A stretch of DNA of 49,953 bases from NCBI GenBank assembly GCA_003614675.1, contig ML002274.1:1-49953 (forward strand), read 5' to 3'. The notes below the pieces were generated by a model. The model did no database searches. It was given only the letters and a program-made list of their open reading frames with translations, and was not told the origin of the DNA. Source of the stretch: Dimargaris cristalligena (taxonomy: Eukaryota). Made by a program: the position numbers and the translations under genes. Below are positions 10,650 to 22,574 of this stretch, one piece after another (positions within the stretch are counted from its first letter, which is position 1; the number at the start of each line of letters is the position of its first letter).

Positions 10650-13600
10650 GGTAGTGGTGGGGTTTTGGAGAGGAACTGGTCGAGATGAGGTTAGATGGGG
10701 CACTTTAAGAACAAATAGTGCGGGAGTAGGGTGGTTAATAAAAATAGAGGAAGGAGTAGGGGACGGGGTTGAGTAAATGACTCGACCTAAGAGGGCTTTG
10801 GTTTAAGAAAGGAGAAGTGGGCAATGAAACCGACTGGTAAAAAGCTGGTGAAACCGAGATTAGACTGAGGCGGGTGAGCCAAAAAAGGGAAATAATATTT
10901 TTGGAGAAGCGGAAATGAACGAACTATAGATGGAAAGGATAGTAGGGATAGGATAGATAAAGACGATACGGAAGAGACTTAGTTAGGGGTTCCTCCTAAA
11001 GGATTGATACTGTAATTTAATGGGAGAGAGGGTATATGCGGATATGCAGATACTATAGAAGCAAAGAAAGGGGAAGAAAGGTAAGTAATACGTGTAATAA
11101 TAAGTACAGACAGGCAAAAGAGATTATATGCGTGTGAAATACTTAATACCCAAATTGGCGCAATGGACAGCAGCAGGATAAGTGAGAAGAGTTGGTTATA
11201 AACTAAAGGAGAATATAACAAAGTAAAGTAAAGCCAAATAAAATAAAGTAAGCAGAGTAGGTGGAACTTAGAAAAAGGAGGGGAGGATGTGGGGTAGTTT
11301 TAAATGGCTGACACCGTAGACGGGCGAATGAAGAGGGGAGAGGGAGGGGGAGGGCGCACCACTCTCTGGGTTCATAATCTGTGACGACTATTTCGACTAA
11401 AATGGGTGGGAAAAGGGCCCGCCGCCGAGATTCGGAGCAAGATTTGCTAGGCCAATACGTAGCATAGAACAGCCCGCCGTATCTTTCAATCGGATTTGGT
11501 TGGTTACAATACACCCCTGGCCCTCTCCCCCATACCAACGGCTTAAGCGAAAAAGTAGCCAATCCCGTCATCGTGTTACCTCTAGCCAGTGGCGCAACAG
11601 CTAGCCTAGGCGGTATTCTGCTTAGAATAGAGAGGGAGGAATCCCCCCGTGACTGGCGATGGAGATGATAGATGGTATTAGAGGAGAGGAGAAAAGGGGG
11701 GGGGGGTACCCTGCTGCCTAAATGCGCATAGACGGTGGGGGTGACTATAAGGGTAAAGGGCAAAGGGATGGTGTATGTGAATGTGCATGAATGGATTGCT
11801 CCTCCCCTGATATTCTAGAGATCCGGGCACGTGTGATGATGGGCTGGGACAACTCGCGCTGGTCCAACGTGCCTGGTAACTAACTAATTGCGCACGTTGG
11901 CACCATATTCGAGGAAAAGGGATACTCCCTCACCCAGCCTTGATAACCCAGGGTGTATAAACTAGTGGCGGACGAGGCGATCCTGCTGGATACCCCGTGC
12001 AAAGTACTCGGACATCGATTGGAGAGTGGGGAAAGGGCCGTGCTTGCAGCGACGACCCTTTTCTTGTTGGCTATGCATGATTTTTTCTGGCGGGCTTCTG
12101 CTGGAGGGAGAACGGGAAAGAGAGAGAGCGCGAGTGAGACTGGGCCAAATTCTTCGACCCAATTAGTGTGCGCCCGGACCAATTTCCCATCTTAATTTGG
12201 TATTCCAGTCGGGGAATTAACAGAGCCCCACCTGGAAGACGACGGCCCAATTAACCTGGGTCCCACGACCTGGCTGGGGAGCCTCCCCCCCTCTTTTGGA
12301 TCATTGAGGTATTATCCGTCAATAAGCTGCTTCAGAAGGGTCGCCGTGAGTAAGAAAGACGCCCACTTCCATTGAAAATTACACCGTCTGGCTATACTCC
12401 GTGGCGATTGGAATAAATCGGTGGCGTAGCGCGGGGGGTGTAAGTTTAGTGCGACGAAGGGGGTGGGAGCGGAGCCCAAAGGGGTGGATATGATGGTTGT
12501 ACATTGGATATCAAGTACGCAATTGGCGGATTCGTTAGCTTAGCCGCCGCCTTTACGATTGCCCTCTTCCCCACGGGGGTAGGACAAACGGGATGATTTC
12601 TGTTCAGTCTGCCGAGAAAACCACCCACCCGCACTGGTAGGTTTTACTTTAGGGAGGAGGGTGTCCCTCTTTTGCCTATTGCCCTCCACCGTCATCCCAC
12701 AGCAACATACAGTCTATATTTTGGGGAGTCTGTGGTCCATTGGAGGGTATGGCTGGTCCATCTACCCTGTCCTATGTTTCTAGAACATTTCATGTATATA
12801 TATAAATATATATAAATATAAAATATCGGGTGGGGGGAATGACGAAGGTATTTTTCCTCGGGATATATCTCCCCCAAAAAACCCATCCTTCTCCAATTGG
12901 GTCATCCCCATCTCTCGATAAGAGTAAACGAGGTCTACTATAGTAATCAAGCAATCATCCTGGATGGGAAGAAACTCAGTTGCCCGAGTCTGTGGTTGTT
13001 GCATACAAACACACCCCGTGGCCAGATGACGAAGGTAAGGGGAGAGGGGTTTGAGGCATCCCGCTGCTAGCCAGCTATGCTATACGCACTACATGGAATT
13101 GGCCTATTTCTCGCCCCACCCCTCTTCCATTTCTCTTTTCTCCTTTCGTTCTTTCCAAGGTTAGTTCCTGTTTTTCTATATATTTGATTATTGGTGATTA
13201 AACTTATTAATTTTTTCGCCATTCAGTCTGTCCTGGCTTGTCGCCTGACCCAGCTGTTCGTCGTATCCCGTGCCCCTCCCACCACTTGCTTACAAAATTA
13301 GCCGGGGCCTAGGTCAACCACAGGTCTTTTATTTTTAAATTGGATACCCCCTACTGTAAGGTTCTTAAGAACGCTGAGCCGGTCAATCCAATCCCGGCCA
13401 TCCCTTTAACCAGTAAGTCAGTATCTTCCAACTCTTCAACTGCCCGGATCCCTTGAGGTTTTATAGGGAGGGTTCGCTGGCGGCAGTGAAAACCATGCCT
13501 TTAATATTTGGAAAAGGGTTAGGTAGGGGTGGCCCGGAATAAAGGGGTTGTTGTTCATCTCCGTTACCCTGCATAGTGGTGGGGTTGGCCCCAACTCTTC

Positions 13601-14411
13601 CACTCCAGTGGTTTGCGGGGAAGGTCAACGGCGCCGGATTCGTAATGGGCTAGACCTGCGCATACACCCTCACTCCGTCTTTTCCGCATATACCCATTTG
13701 GCCATGGCAGCTTTGAAGGCGAGGCCCTTTTTATCAGTAGCAGGCGGGGCGGGTCAGCTGCACTTCCTATTCTTCGCCCTTCACACCTCTCCGCTTTGTG
13801 TGTGGGGATATTAGGTCTGCGCCTCGTTTTTTTGAAGGCGGGCCAAGCCAATGTGTCTCTCTGTCTCTTCTCTATCGCTTAATATTAACTGACTGACTCA
13901 GTAGCCTGTTGGATTCTCAACTATCCCGCCCGGGCCGCCCACACTGTGCTTGGCGATTACCTCTATCATCCCACTCACACCCCTTCCCTTGTGTCCTCTC
14001 TGCACCGTCTCTTCTGTACCCACCTATAGACCACACCTCCCAGCTCAAAGGGGTAACCTTTCTCCCCCCCTTAAGTCACTGTATTTCACCCACTCGCCTC
14101 CGACCCGGATGGCGAACCACTTCTTCACCCTTTATTCCATCTTTACTTTTATTCTCTTTCTAGCTGTAAGTTTATTTGTGATTCCTCCCGGCGGCGTGAC
14201 CAGTGCTTTGCCTGCCCTCTTCGTTTCGTTTGTAATTTTCATCTTCACCTCCTACTCGTACTTTTACTCCGGTTTTCACGCCCCGACTCTAAGTGCCCTT
14301 CGCTTGACCCTTACTTCGCTCGTTCGCCCTATAGTCAAGTCTCTTGTTTGGCTCTGCCGAGTGACCTTCCGTTTCCTACGTGTCGCCGTTGCTTACTGCT
14401 TTCCACTTCCC

Positions 14412-17400
14412 ATGGCCGTACAAGTCCCCATGATCCAAGTGCCGTGGAAGCGGTGCGAGGAGGCTGACTGGGTATCTGCCCTCCGCCGCTACATTAGCAC
14501 CATCCTTGAGCAGGACCCCAACTCCTTCAATGACCAAATATACGCGCTGCACCGGCTGCGCCAAGACACCCGAGGCGTCAATATGGACTGCACCGGGAGG
14601 GACCTGCTCTATCGTTACTTTTCCCAACTTGAATTACTCGACCTCCGGTTCCAGCTCGAGAAAAAACCCATCGACCTGAACTTCACCTGGTCCGACGTAT
14701 TCGGCCGCAGCATAGTCACCCAACCCTCGCTGGCCTTTGAGAAGGCCTCCATCATTTTCAATATGGGCGCCATTCTGTCCAACCTCGGAACCTACCAGGA
14801 CCGCTCGGAACCCGATGGCTTGCGCAAGGCCAGCCACTATTTCATGTTCGCCGCTTCCATGATGCTGTTCATCAGCGAGAACTTCATCCACGCCCCTTCC
14901 ATGGACCTCAACGCCAATACCCTAAAGGTGCTCAAAGAGCTCATGCTGGCCCAGGGCCAGGAGTGCTTCCTAGAAAAGTGCCTGCAGGAACAAAAGAAGG
15001 ATACCCTCATTGCCAAGATCGCCTACCAAACCGCCTGGATGTACACCAACGTGGTGGAGAGCATGACCGAGTGCCTTAAAAGCGGCGTCTTTGAGGAGCA
15101 ATGGATGGCCGTGTGCCAGATCAAACAGAAATACTACCAGGCCTCCGCCCAGTACCACAAGGGCCTGGCCGCCGAGTCCGACGGTCGCTACGGCGAGGCC
15201 GTGTCTCGTCTGACCCTGGCCGAGACTCATACCGCCGAGGCCACCAAGCTGGTCCAGAGCTTCGTGCACGCCTTCGATCCCCATTCCCTTTACCCACTGC
15301 TTCCCGACACCCATACGTGTTTGCACGACCTCGTTCTGACCATCCGGGAATTGGTCAAGGAAAAATTGAACATGCTTTCCCGGGATAACGATATGATCTA
15401 CCACGAGGCCGTGCCCAAAACCTCCATCCTCCCCCCCATTGACAAGATCTGCATGGTCAAGACCCAGCCCCTTAACGAAATGTACACCTCCCCCGGTGAA
15501 CTGCAGCGCGTCGTGGGCGCCGATATATTCAGCCAGGTGGTGCCCATGCAGGTCCACGAGTCCGCCTCCGTATATGACGAGGAGAAGGCCAAGATAGTGC
15601 GTCAGTCCATCGACAAGTCGGACGCCGCCGATGCTGAAGTAGACTCGGCCTTCACCTTCATGCAGTTGCCCCAATCACTCGATAAATTCAAGAGCGGCGA
15701 GTCTAGTCTTGAACCTTCCCTAATGCAACTGGCCGACCCCCCTACCAATGTGCGCGAGTGGGCCCAACAGGTAGCCCAGGAGGAGGAGACTCACGGCGCC
15801 CTTCAGGATTTGATCGGTACCGTGGAGGGTTACCGGTCTCAGTTGCGCCAGAGCCTGGACGCCTCGGGGCTGGCCCTGGATGAGGAGCAGCGGGACTGCG
15901 AAAAGAATCGGGTGGAATTCGGAGACCAGTGGACTCAGGCTCCCTCAGGCGGTCTAACCAAGTCATTCCGTAAGGATCTGCGCAGCCGCCGGGAATCTCT
16001 GGAGCAGGCCTTCGCCGCTGACAACGACACCCTAAATCGCTACCAACAGTTCCAGTCTCTGTTCTCGGTGCTGCGGTCCGGCTACCACGGTGATGAACTC
16101 GAATCGGCCTTCATCGAAATGGTGCACAATGGCCTCCGTAAGTGCAAAGCCAACCAGAAGGAAGATAGTGGTGGTACGCTGCTGGATATTGGGGAGCACG
16201 ATGCGGTGGACTTGACCGAACACGCCGAACATATCCAGCAAATCACTAACGAATTGACGAATCTCAAACGGGAGCGCCAAGGTATCCTGACTGAGATGAA
16301 GGAAATCGCCCGCTACGATGATATCAGCCACATCCTACTGCTCAATCGCCGTAACAAGGAGCTCGAGCCCCAGATCTTCAAGAATGAGCTGGCGAAATAT
16401 CCCCCGTACCAAGAACAGCTTAGCCAGACCTTCGATCACCAACATAGCCTGATCCAGACCCTTTCGGAGTCATTCCGGACTCTAATGGAACTTCCCGAAG
16501 CCACCCGGATCCAGAACGCGTGGGATATCGTAGAAACCCAACGGGACCGTCTTGTCCAGCAACTGGAGGACGCCCGCAACAACTACGACGACATCAAGCA
16601 CAATGTCCAACAGGGCGTTAAGTTCTACACCAGCCTGTCTGCCTTGGTCAACGACTTGTCAGGGAAGATTCGCGCCTTTTGCAACCAACGCCGTGAAGAA
16701 CGGGATCAACTCTCCAACCGCCTTTTGACGGCCAAGCTAGAGACGGACCAGCAGGCCCTTCGGGCTCAGCTGGATAAGTTCAATCAGGCCCCCTCCGCCC
16801 CCAGCGGTGTGAATATGGCTGGTGCCCGGGCAGTCCCGCCCCCGGGGGCTGAGGATGACAATGTGCGACTGCTGACCCAGCAGGCCGGCGTGCTTTCCCT
16901 CGAAGGGCGCAGTAGCCCCTACCAGGGCCCGGGTCGGTATGCCCTGATGACTCAGGAGCCCCTCCGGCGTCTCAGCGGCGGATTCAGCCCGTCGCAGTCA
17001 CCCATTCAACCCACAGGGTCCCCGTCGCGACCCACGGCCGCCGCCAATGCCTCTACCTCGCCACCCATGGGCCCCCCATATGGCCGCCCGGGATACGGAT
17101 CCGGTTCCCCCCTGCACTACGCCAGTGCCGCTCTACCCCCCAAGAGCATGCATACGCTGGTCTCCCAGGCAGTCGATGGTGCCGCCCCCCCTGTGCCTCG
17201 CATTCCCTCGTGTCCTGAGACTTCGTCCACGGTTCCTTCCCAAGGCCCCAATGGAATTCCACCCTACCAGCCTTCGGCGCCCGACCTGGCTCCCCCGCAG
17301 CCCCACTTCCAACCCCAGCACCTCAGCCATGGGCCACCCATCAGTGGCCTGGAACTCTCGCCTGCCACCACAGTCGCCCCTTCCATTGGTGAACTTCTCC

Positions 17401-20307
17401 AGAAGTCCGAGGCTGGCTATCCCGATGGAGGCAATTCCCACCGCCTGGCGAATCTGTTTAAGGACTCGCCCTCTGAGAATGTGCCCGATATCTTCCGGCC
17501 CCACGGCGGGCCTCATCCGTCGTCGAGCCTGGCGCAACCCCCCCCCTCGCCAAACGGCCCCCTATATCAACAATCTGCCGGGACCTTTTGCCAAAGTGGA
17601 GGCCGGTTCTACCCCCTATTATCTGCATCCGAGCACGATGGCCCCGTCGGGCCAGCCCGGAAGTGCCCCAAATGCTCCCGTGCCGCCCCTCCAAGCCGCG
17701 TCAGGGCCCTACCAAGGCAACGCTCCCCCTGCGGTTAATCCCTCTGGCCTTAACTCCCCTGCCACCTATTTCGCTGCCCAGATGCAGGGAGCCGGTCGAC
17801 AGCAACTCCCAACGGCCTCCGAGGACAACAAAAAGCCGGCTGCCTATCCCTCTGGTGGCAATCCTACATCCCCAGCCGCCTATCCCTTCCCGCCTGTCGC
17901 GGCGACCCAGGCCCCAAGTCCCGATCGGAATCAATACGCGATGTCCCAGCAAACTGGTCATGGTTCACCTAAACCCCAGGACCCCCAGTCTCAGTTACGA
18001 TATGGCACCCTAGGAGGAGGAGGAGGTGCCGCCCCATTAAATCCAGGAGTGGTTCCGGCTACGTCCGCCCCATACGAGTATGGCCAATACCATCATTCCC
18101 CAGGGTACCAACATTCGCCTGGGGGAGCATCAGCCTTTTCCCCGACCAACCCCGCCACTAATTACGGCTCTACCCATCAGTCCGGGGCAGCCTTGGGTGG
18201 CCCGAATGTTAGGCCAACCTCCCCGCCATCAATGGCTGGTCATCCCTACGGTAGTGGAGGCTACTACCAGACCGCCACGACAATGTCAATGGCCCCTCCC
18301 CAAGCCCCTACCTACACGGGCTACGCCCCGCCAGGCACTTATAGCTCCCCAGGCCCCGCACTCGCCAGCTCCGCCCCGTATGCGTACCCCACCGGCACCA
18401 GTGCCGCCATGATTCCGGGGACTTCTGCCCCAGCCCCGCACTACCATATGACCGCCACCTCGGTTCCGCAAGGTAACCAGGCTGCATCATCGCCGCAGTT
18501 GACCCGACCTGCTTTGGGCACTACGGGCCTAGGCTCGCCCTCCCAGCAGCAATGGCAGCAGCCCAGTCACTCGAAGCCAACCGCTGCGGGATTTCCTGCG
18601 ACCTCCCAGGCGGTCTATCCGACGACTACTACCGCCCCTGCGTACCACCCAGCCCAAATGGTTTATAGTGCACCCCCCGCCTCGAGTTCCCAAACACCGT
18701 ATACCCAGCCCCCCCAGCAGTCCACCTCGATGGCTAGCCATCCCCCGACCGGCTACTATCCCGCTGGACCTGGGGCAACCACTTCGTACCATGACCCGGC
18801 CCAAGTGCCCGGTGCCTATTCGAAACCCATGACGCCAGCTTCGCTGACCCAAACCACGTCCTATTACACACCAGCCGTTGATCCTCACCGCCCGTCCACT
18901 TCCACTTACCCTCCGGCCCCGGGTCACCCCGTTTCCCATGCGACGGTCACTACCATGGCTATGGGCCATACTTCGACTCCGTACACTGCCCCCCCAGCCC
19001 CTACCCTTAATCACCCCGGTTCATTCCATATGGCCCAGTCCCCGCACATGGTAGGGAATCATCCGATTAGCCATCCTCCTCAACACCATCACCAGCAACA
19101 GCAGCAGCAACAACAGCCGCCGCAGCTACAGCCCGGTATGGGATTCAACTATATGCAGCAGCACCCAGGTGTCGGGTCGATGGGCTCCCCCCAGCCACCA
19201 CTTCAACAACAGTTGCCTCCCCAACAGGCCCACCAGCACCATCACCACCAACCCCAGCCCCAGCAGCAACACCAACAACAACAACCTGCGCATAATATTG
19301 GATTCGGCGCTCCACCGGCCGGTTTCAACCCCATGGGGGCTTATACAGTCCCATCCCAGGCCACTAGCTCCGCTTCGTACCCACCGACCCAGCCTGGTAT
19401 TGGGTTCCAATATGCTGCTGTCCCCCAAACTACGCAGGTATCTGGACACCATCATGCCCAGAGTCCTATGGTGGTATTCATTCCATCCGCCAGTGGGGTG
19501 CCTAGCGGCCACCCGTACTCCTATCCGACTAGTGGTCCAACCGGACTGTCAGGTTATGGGTCACCAACCCAGCAAACTGCCCCCCTCTACCAATCCGGAC
19601 CCCCTGGTCAGGTTCAGCACCCCGACCTCGGGTTCGCACACCCCGGCCAGGCTACAACAGCCCAACAGCAACCCACGAATCTACCGCCTCAGCAGCTCCA
19701 GGCCCCGCCGCCGGCCCAATATACCGGCCAGAATCCGACCCTGAACCAGGGTGGATACCAACATCTTCAACAGCAGCAGCAACTGCAACAGCCGCCCTCA
19801 GCTAATAATATGGGCCAGCCTGCTGCCCCTGTATATCAGCAACCTCCGGGGCCTAATCAAGGGTATGCTAATCACAATCCTGCCTTACAGCCGCAACAGC
19901 AGATGCTCTACCAATTGCCTCTTCAGCCTCAGCAGCAACAACAGCAACCTCAGCAGCAGCAGCAACAGCAACAACCTCAACTGCATCATTCGTACAATGC
20001 TCAGCCCCAGGCTATGATGACTCACGCCCCTGCCCAGGGAATGGTGGGCCAAGGGCCCTATTCGGCTTCGGCCCACCAGTCTTATCCGAACCAGCACTTC
20101 CAGCAGGCTACATCCCCAGGACAGGGCGGTCACCAACACCCGCTCCAGCAGCAACCTCCGGCCCAGCAGCAGCAACAACCACCACAACAACAGCAATACG
20201 CTCAGCACCCCCAGGCCCATTCTGGAGCAGCTTACCCTAGTGGCCAATCTACGACCCCTGCTAATCCCCAGGTACAGTACCGTGAGGGCGGTAATTTAAT
20301 GGATTAG
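14412..20307 (+). CDS. BRO1: BRO1/ALIX-family ESCRT accessory protein (Bro1 domain + V domain + very long Pro/Gln-rich tail), with a +1 frame break near 17540-17590
   Basis: Bro1-domain motifs GRDLLYRYFSQLELLDLRF, FTWSD, SLAFEKASIIFN, LMLAQGQECF, RDNDMIYHE and DIFSQVVPMQVHESASVYDEEKA, followed by a coiled V domain (QGVKFYTSL). The Pro/Gln/Tyr-rich tail continues in the +1-frame ORF 17047-20307. Bro1 versus PalA/Rim20 orthology is inferred from the Pro-rich tail. Confidence 0.88.
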
Positions 20308-21622
20308 AGGGGTACCTGCGACAGCCTCGATTTGAGATGGACAAACGTCTATCTTTGAATCTATATACATATTGTCTAGTATATATATATATATATATGA
20401 ATATATTATGCGGTCAATATCGCACTACCCCGCGTTCCTTTCATCTACAGCTTCCCATTGTTTTATCCACCCAGTTTTCGTCCTTGTCAATTCCGCCCCA
20501 ATATCTTCATATTCAATGAGTCCATTTCGGGCATATACATGAATGTTGAAGCGCTGCTTCTGGCTTCTGCCCGACTCCTTGAGGATGTCGAATCGGATGC
20601 TTAGCGACCTCAATTTTAGTTTTATTTCGTTTCAGGGCTACTTCTCTCTTTATTTCATTATTTTTTTTAGAGACCGCCTTGCTGTATATGCATAGATGGT
20701 TCCTTATCTTTTACTTTTCCGTAAATCTCTCTCTACAGGGTTTTATCGTTTGGTTCCCCCCTGCTTCTGTATCATGCCGTTGCCTTGGCTGTACTGCCCC
20801 GGTATTATATTTGGTATTATTCTACTTACATCCTTCCACATTCTCCTATTCTCTGGTTACTGTTCAACAGTACATGTTATAATTATGTATGGCCTTAGGC
20901 TTAAACAAAATAAAGGTATTCCCATATACCCTATTCCACAATGTAGCAACCGGTGTGGTTGAATTGTAATGGCTAAGGTTGAACCGGGAGAAGATACTCT
21001 GTATATTTGATTTTAATGTGTGTAGTTGAACCGGGCTAGTAGTAATATTCTGCCAGTTTGTTAATTCGGGTCTTCGTTAGAAATACTTGAAATGGTTTTA
21101 CTGGGAATGGGGGCCGGGTTCAAATAAATCCCATAGTTATGGCAGACAACCTATATATTAAACCTTCAGGCATTATTCCAGGTATTCAAAGCTGCTTGTG
21201 GGGGTAAACATGGATGGTCCTATTTCGCCATGTAAACCAATAATTTGGTGGTTGGGCCAAACTTCTTGGGCTGCACCTAATTACGTTTTATACTCTTTTA
21301 TACAGCTGGCAACCCATACACTGCTCAACCACGGGTTTGTAAAGATAGAGCCGAATCCGCAACTTTCAGGCAGAACCTTAGGGGGCTAGTTTCATGAAGT
21401 ATGTTGAATGTTAGTGTCAAGGACATGGGAATGGGGAAACATACGGCCCGTAATCTGGGGGTGAATACGGACATGCTACTTTGGATAGATACTGTGTTTC
21501 ATTCCGGTGGATACATTTAATTGCCGAGTCTATGGGAAGTACGATTGCTATATATATATATATGAATTAATTGACCCAATTCTGGGTTCAGTTATCAATA
21601 AAACCTAACCAATAATTTATTT

Positions 21623-21750
21623 AGGTGCGGCCTCATATTGGCACAAATATCCTGTTCCGTTAGATCCGCGAGACCAAGTTCCGAACACCTATTTTTATAT
21701 TTTATTTTTTGCAGCGGGAGACTCCTTGGGAATAGTTGGGACTATATCTC
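21623..21750 (+). pseudogene. Degenerate 5S rRNA copy
   Basis: Colinear blocks match the 5S at 28496: GGTGCGGCCTCATATT ~ GTTGTGGCCATATT; CCGTTAGATCCGCGA ~ CCGTTAGATCTGCGA; GGGAGACTCCTTGGGAATAGTTGG ~ GGGTGACCACTTGGGAATAGTTGG. The middle is replaced by T-rich sequence and terminal helix I is degraded. Confidence 0.7.
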
Positions 21751-22355
21751 ATTCGACTGACATTTTGAGTGCTATTCACTTCTGTAGGGGGAGAGGGGTG
21801 TCGATTGGCAGTCCTAACTTATGGATACTAAACTTATGAAGTGGCCGGGTATAGTGGTATTAAATGGGAAGGGGCTTCAGCCGTTTACTCGAAGTGGAGG
21901 TGGGGAGTATTATCTATTCGCTCACGGCTGTTTTTTTTTATACTTATTTAACTAATGGTCGGGAAGGTTGAGTATACGAGCGAAATGCGGCACCGAATAA
22001 TAATTTCGAATAAAAATAAATAAAATAGGCCTATATTTTAATCATTAAACAAGTTTAAAAAGTCTAGAACAGTTGGCCAGATATGATACTATGCGGTTGG
22101 GACAGGTGAAGGTCACCTATAGGGGCATTTGGATGGAGATACGTCTTTTATTATATGGCAGTAATGGTAAGAGAAGCTGTTGAAATGCCCGACTAAAGAT
22201 GGAACGGCATTTCATATAGATGTACATGGAATATAGAGAAAAGGTCGTGTTATAGATGCAGCCAATGTTAAAAGGTTGGCGATAAATAGGCGTAAGGCAA
22301 AGTACGTGAAGTGGGCATATCAAATACCCCCTTTAACCGGCAGTAGGGGGTACAG

Positions 22356-22574
22356 TTAAATTAAGAATGAGGCCACTTTAGCCACTTTTTTGATGCCGGA
22401 TTTGAAGCTGTCCCACAGCTTGCCACGGCGTTGGAGCGGATGGTGCAGTGGGCTACCGGAAGGATTGGTCATCGTGGTATCCATGACTCCGGTGGGGGAT
22501 GCTAGAACTGGACTGGCGAAGACCAGGACGACTAAAATGGTAGCGCAGTTGAGAAGAGCGGAAACGGGCTTCAT
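22356..22574 (-). CDS. Secreted prepropeptide (72 aa) predicted to release a 22-aa cationic amphipathic helical peptide (antimicrobial/cytolytic-like)
   Basis: MKPVSALLNCATILVVLVFASPVLA (signal, VLA|SP) + SPTGVMDTTMTNPSGSPLHHPLQRR (pro-region ending in a dibasic site) + GKLWDSFKSGIKKVAKVASFLI*. ATG context ACTATG; (TA)n TATA-like tract ~215 nt upstream. Confidence 0.8.
   Translation of the reverse strand: MKPVSALLNCATILVVLVFASPVLASPTGVMDTTMTNPSGSPLHHPLQRRGKLWDSFKSGIKKVAKVASFLI

Noticed and set aside
11823-11876. Stem CCGGGCACGT/ACGTGCCTGG with a box-C-like TGATGA
   Set aside because: No box D (CTGA) before the closing stem, and too short for a C/D snoRNA.
14376-20247. Many minus-strand and alternate-frame ORFs over BRO1 (likewise over BBP and PXA)
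   Set aside because: Expected shadows of GC-rich, codon-biased coding sequence.
20978-21123. GTTGAACCGGG twice, plus one inverted near-copy
   Set aside because: Too short and too few for an array, and no tRNA cloverleaf surrounds the GTTCAA motif.
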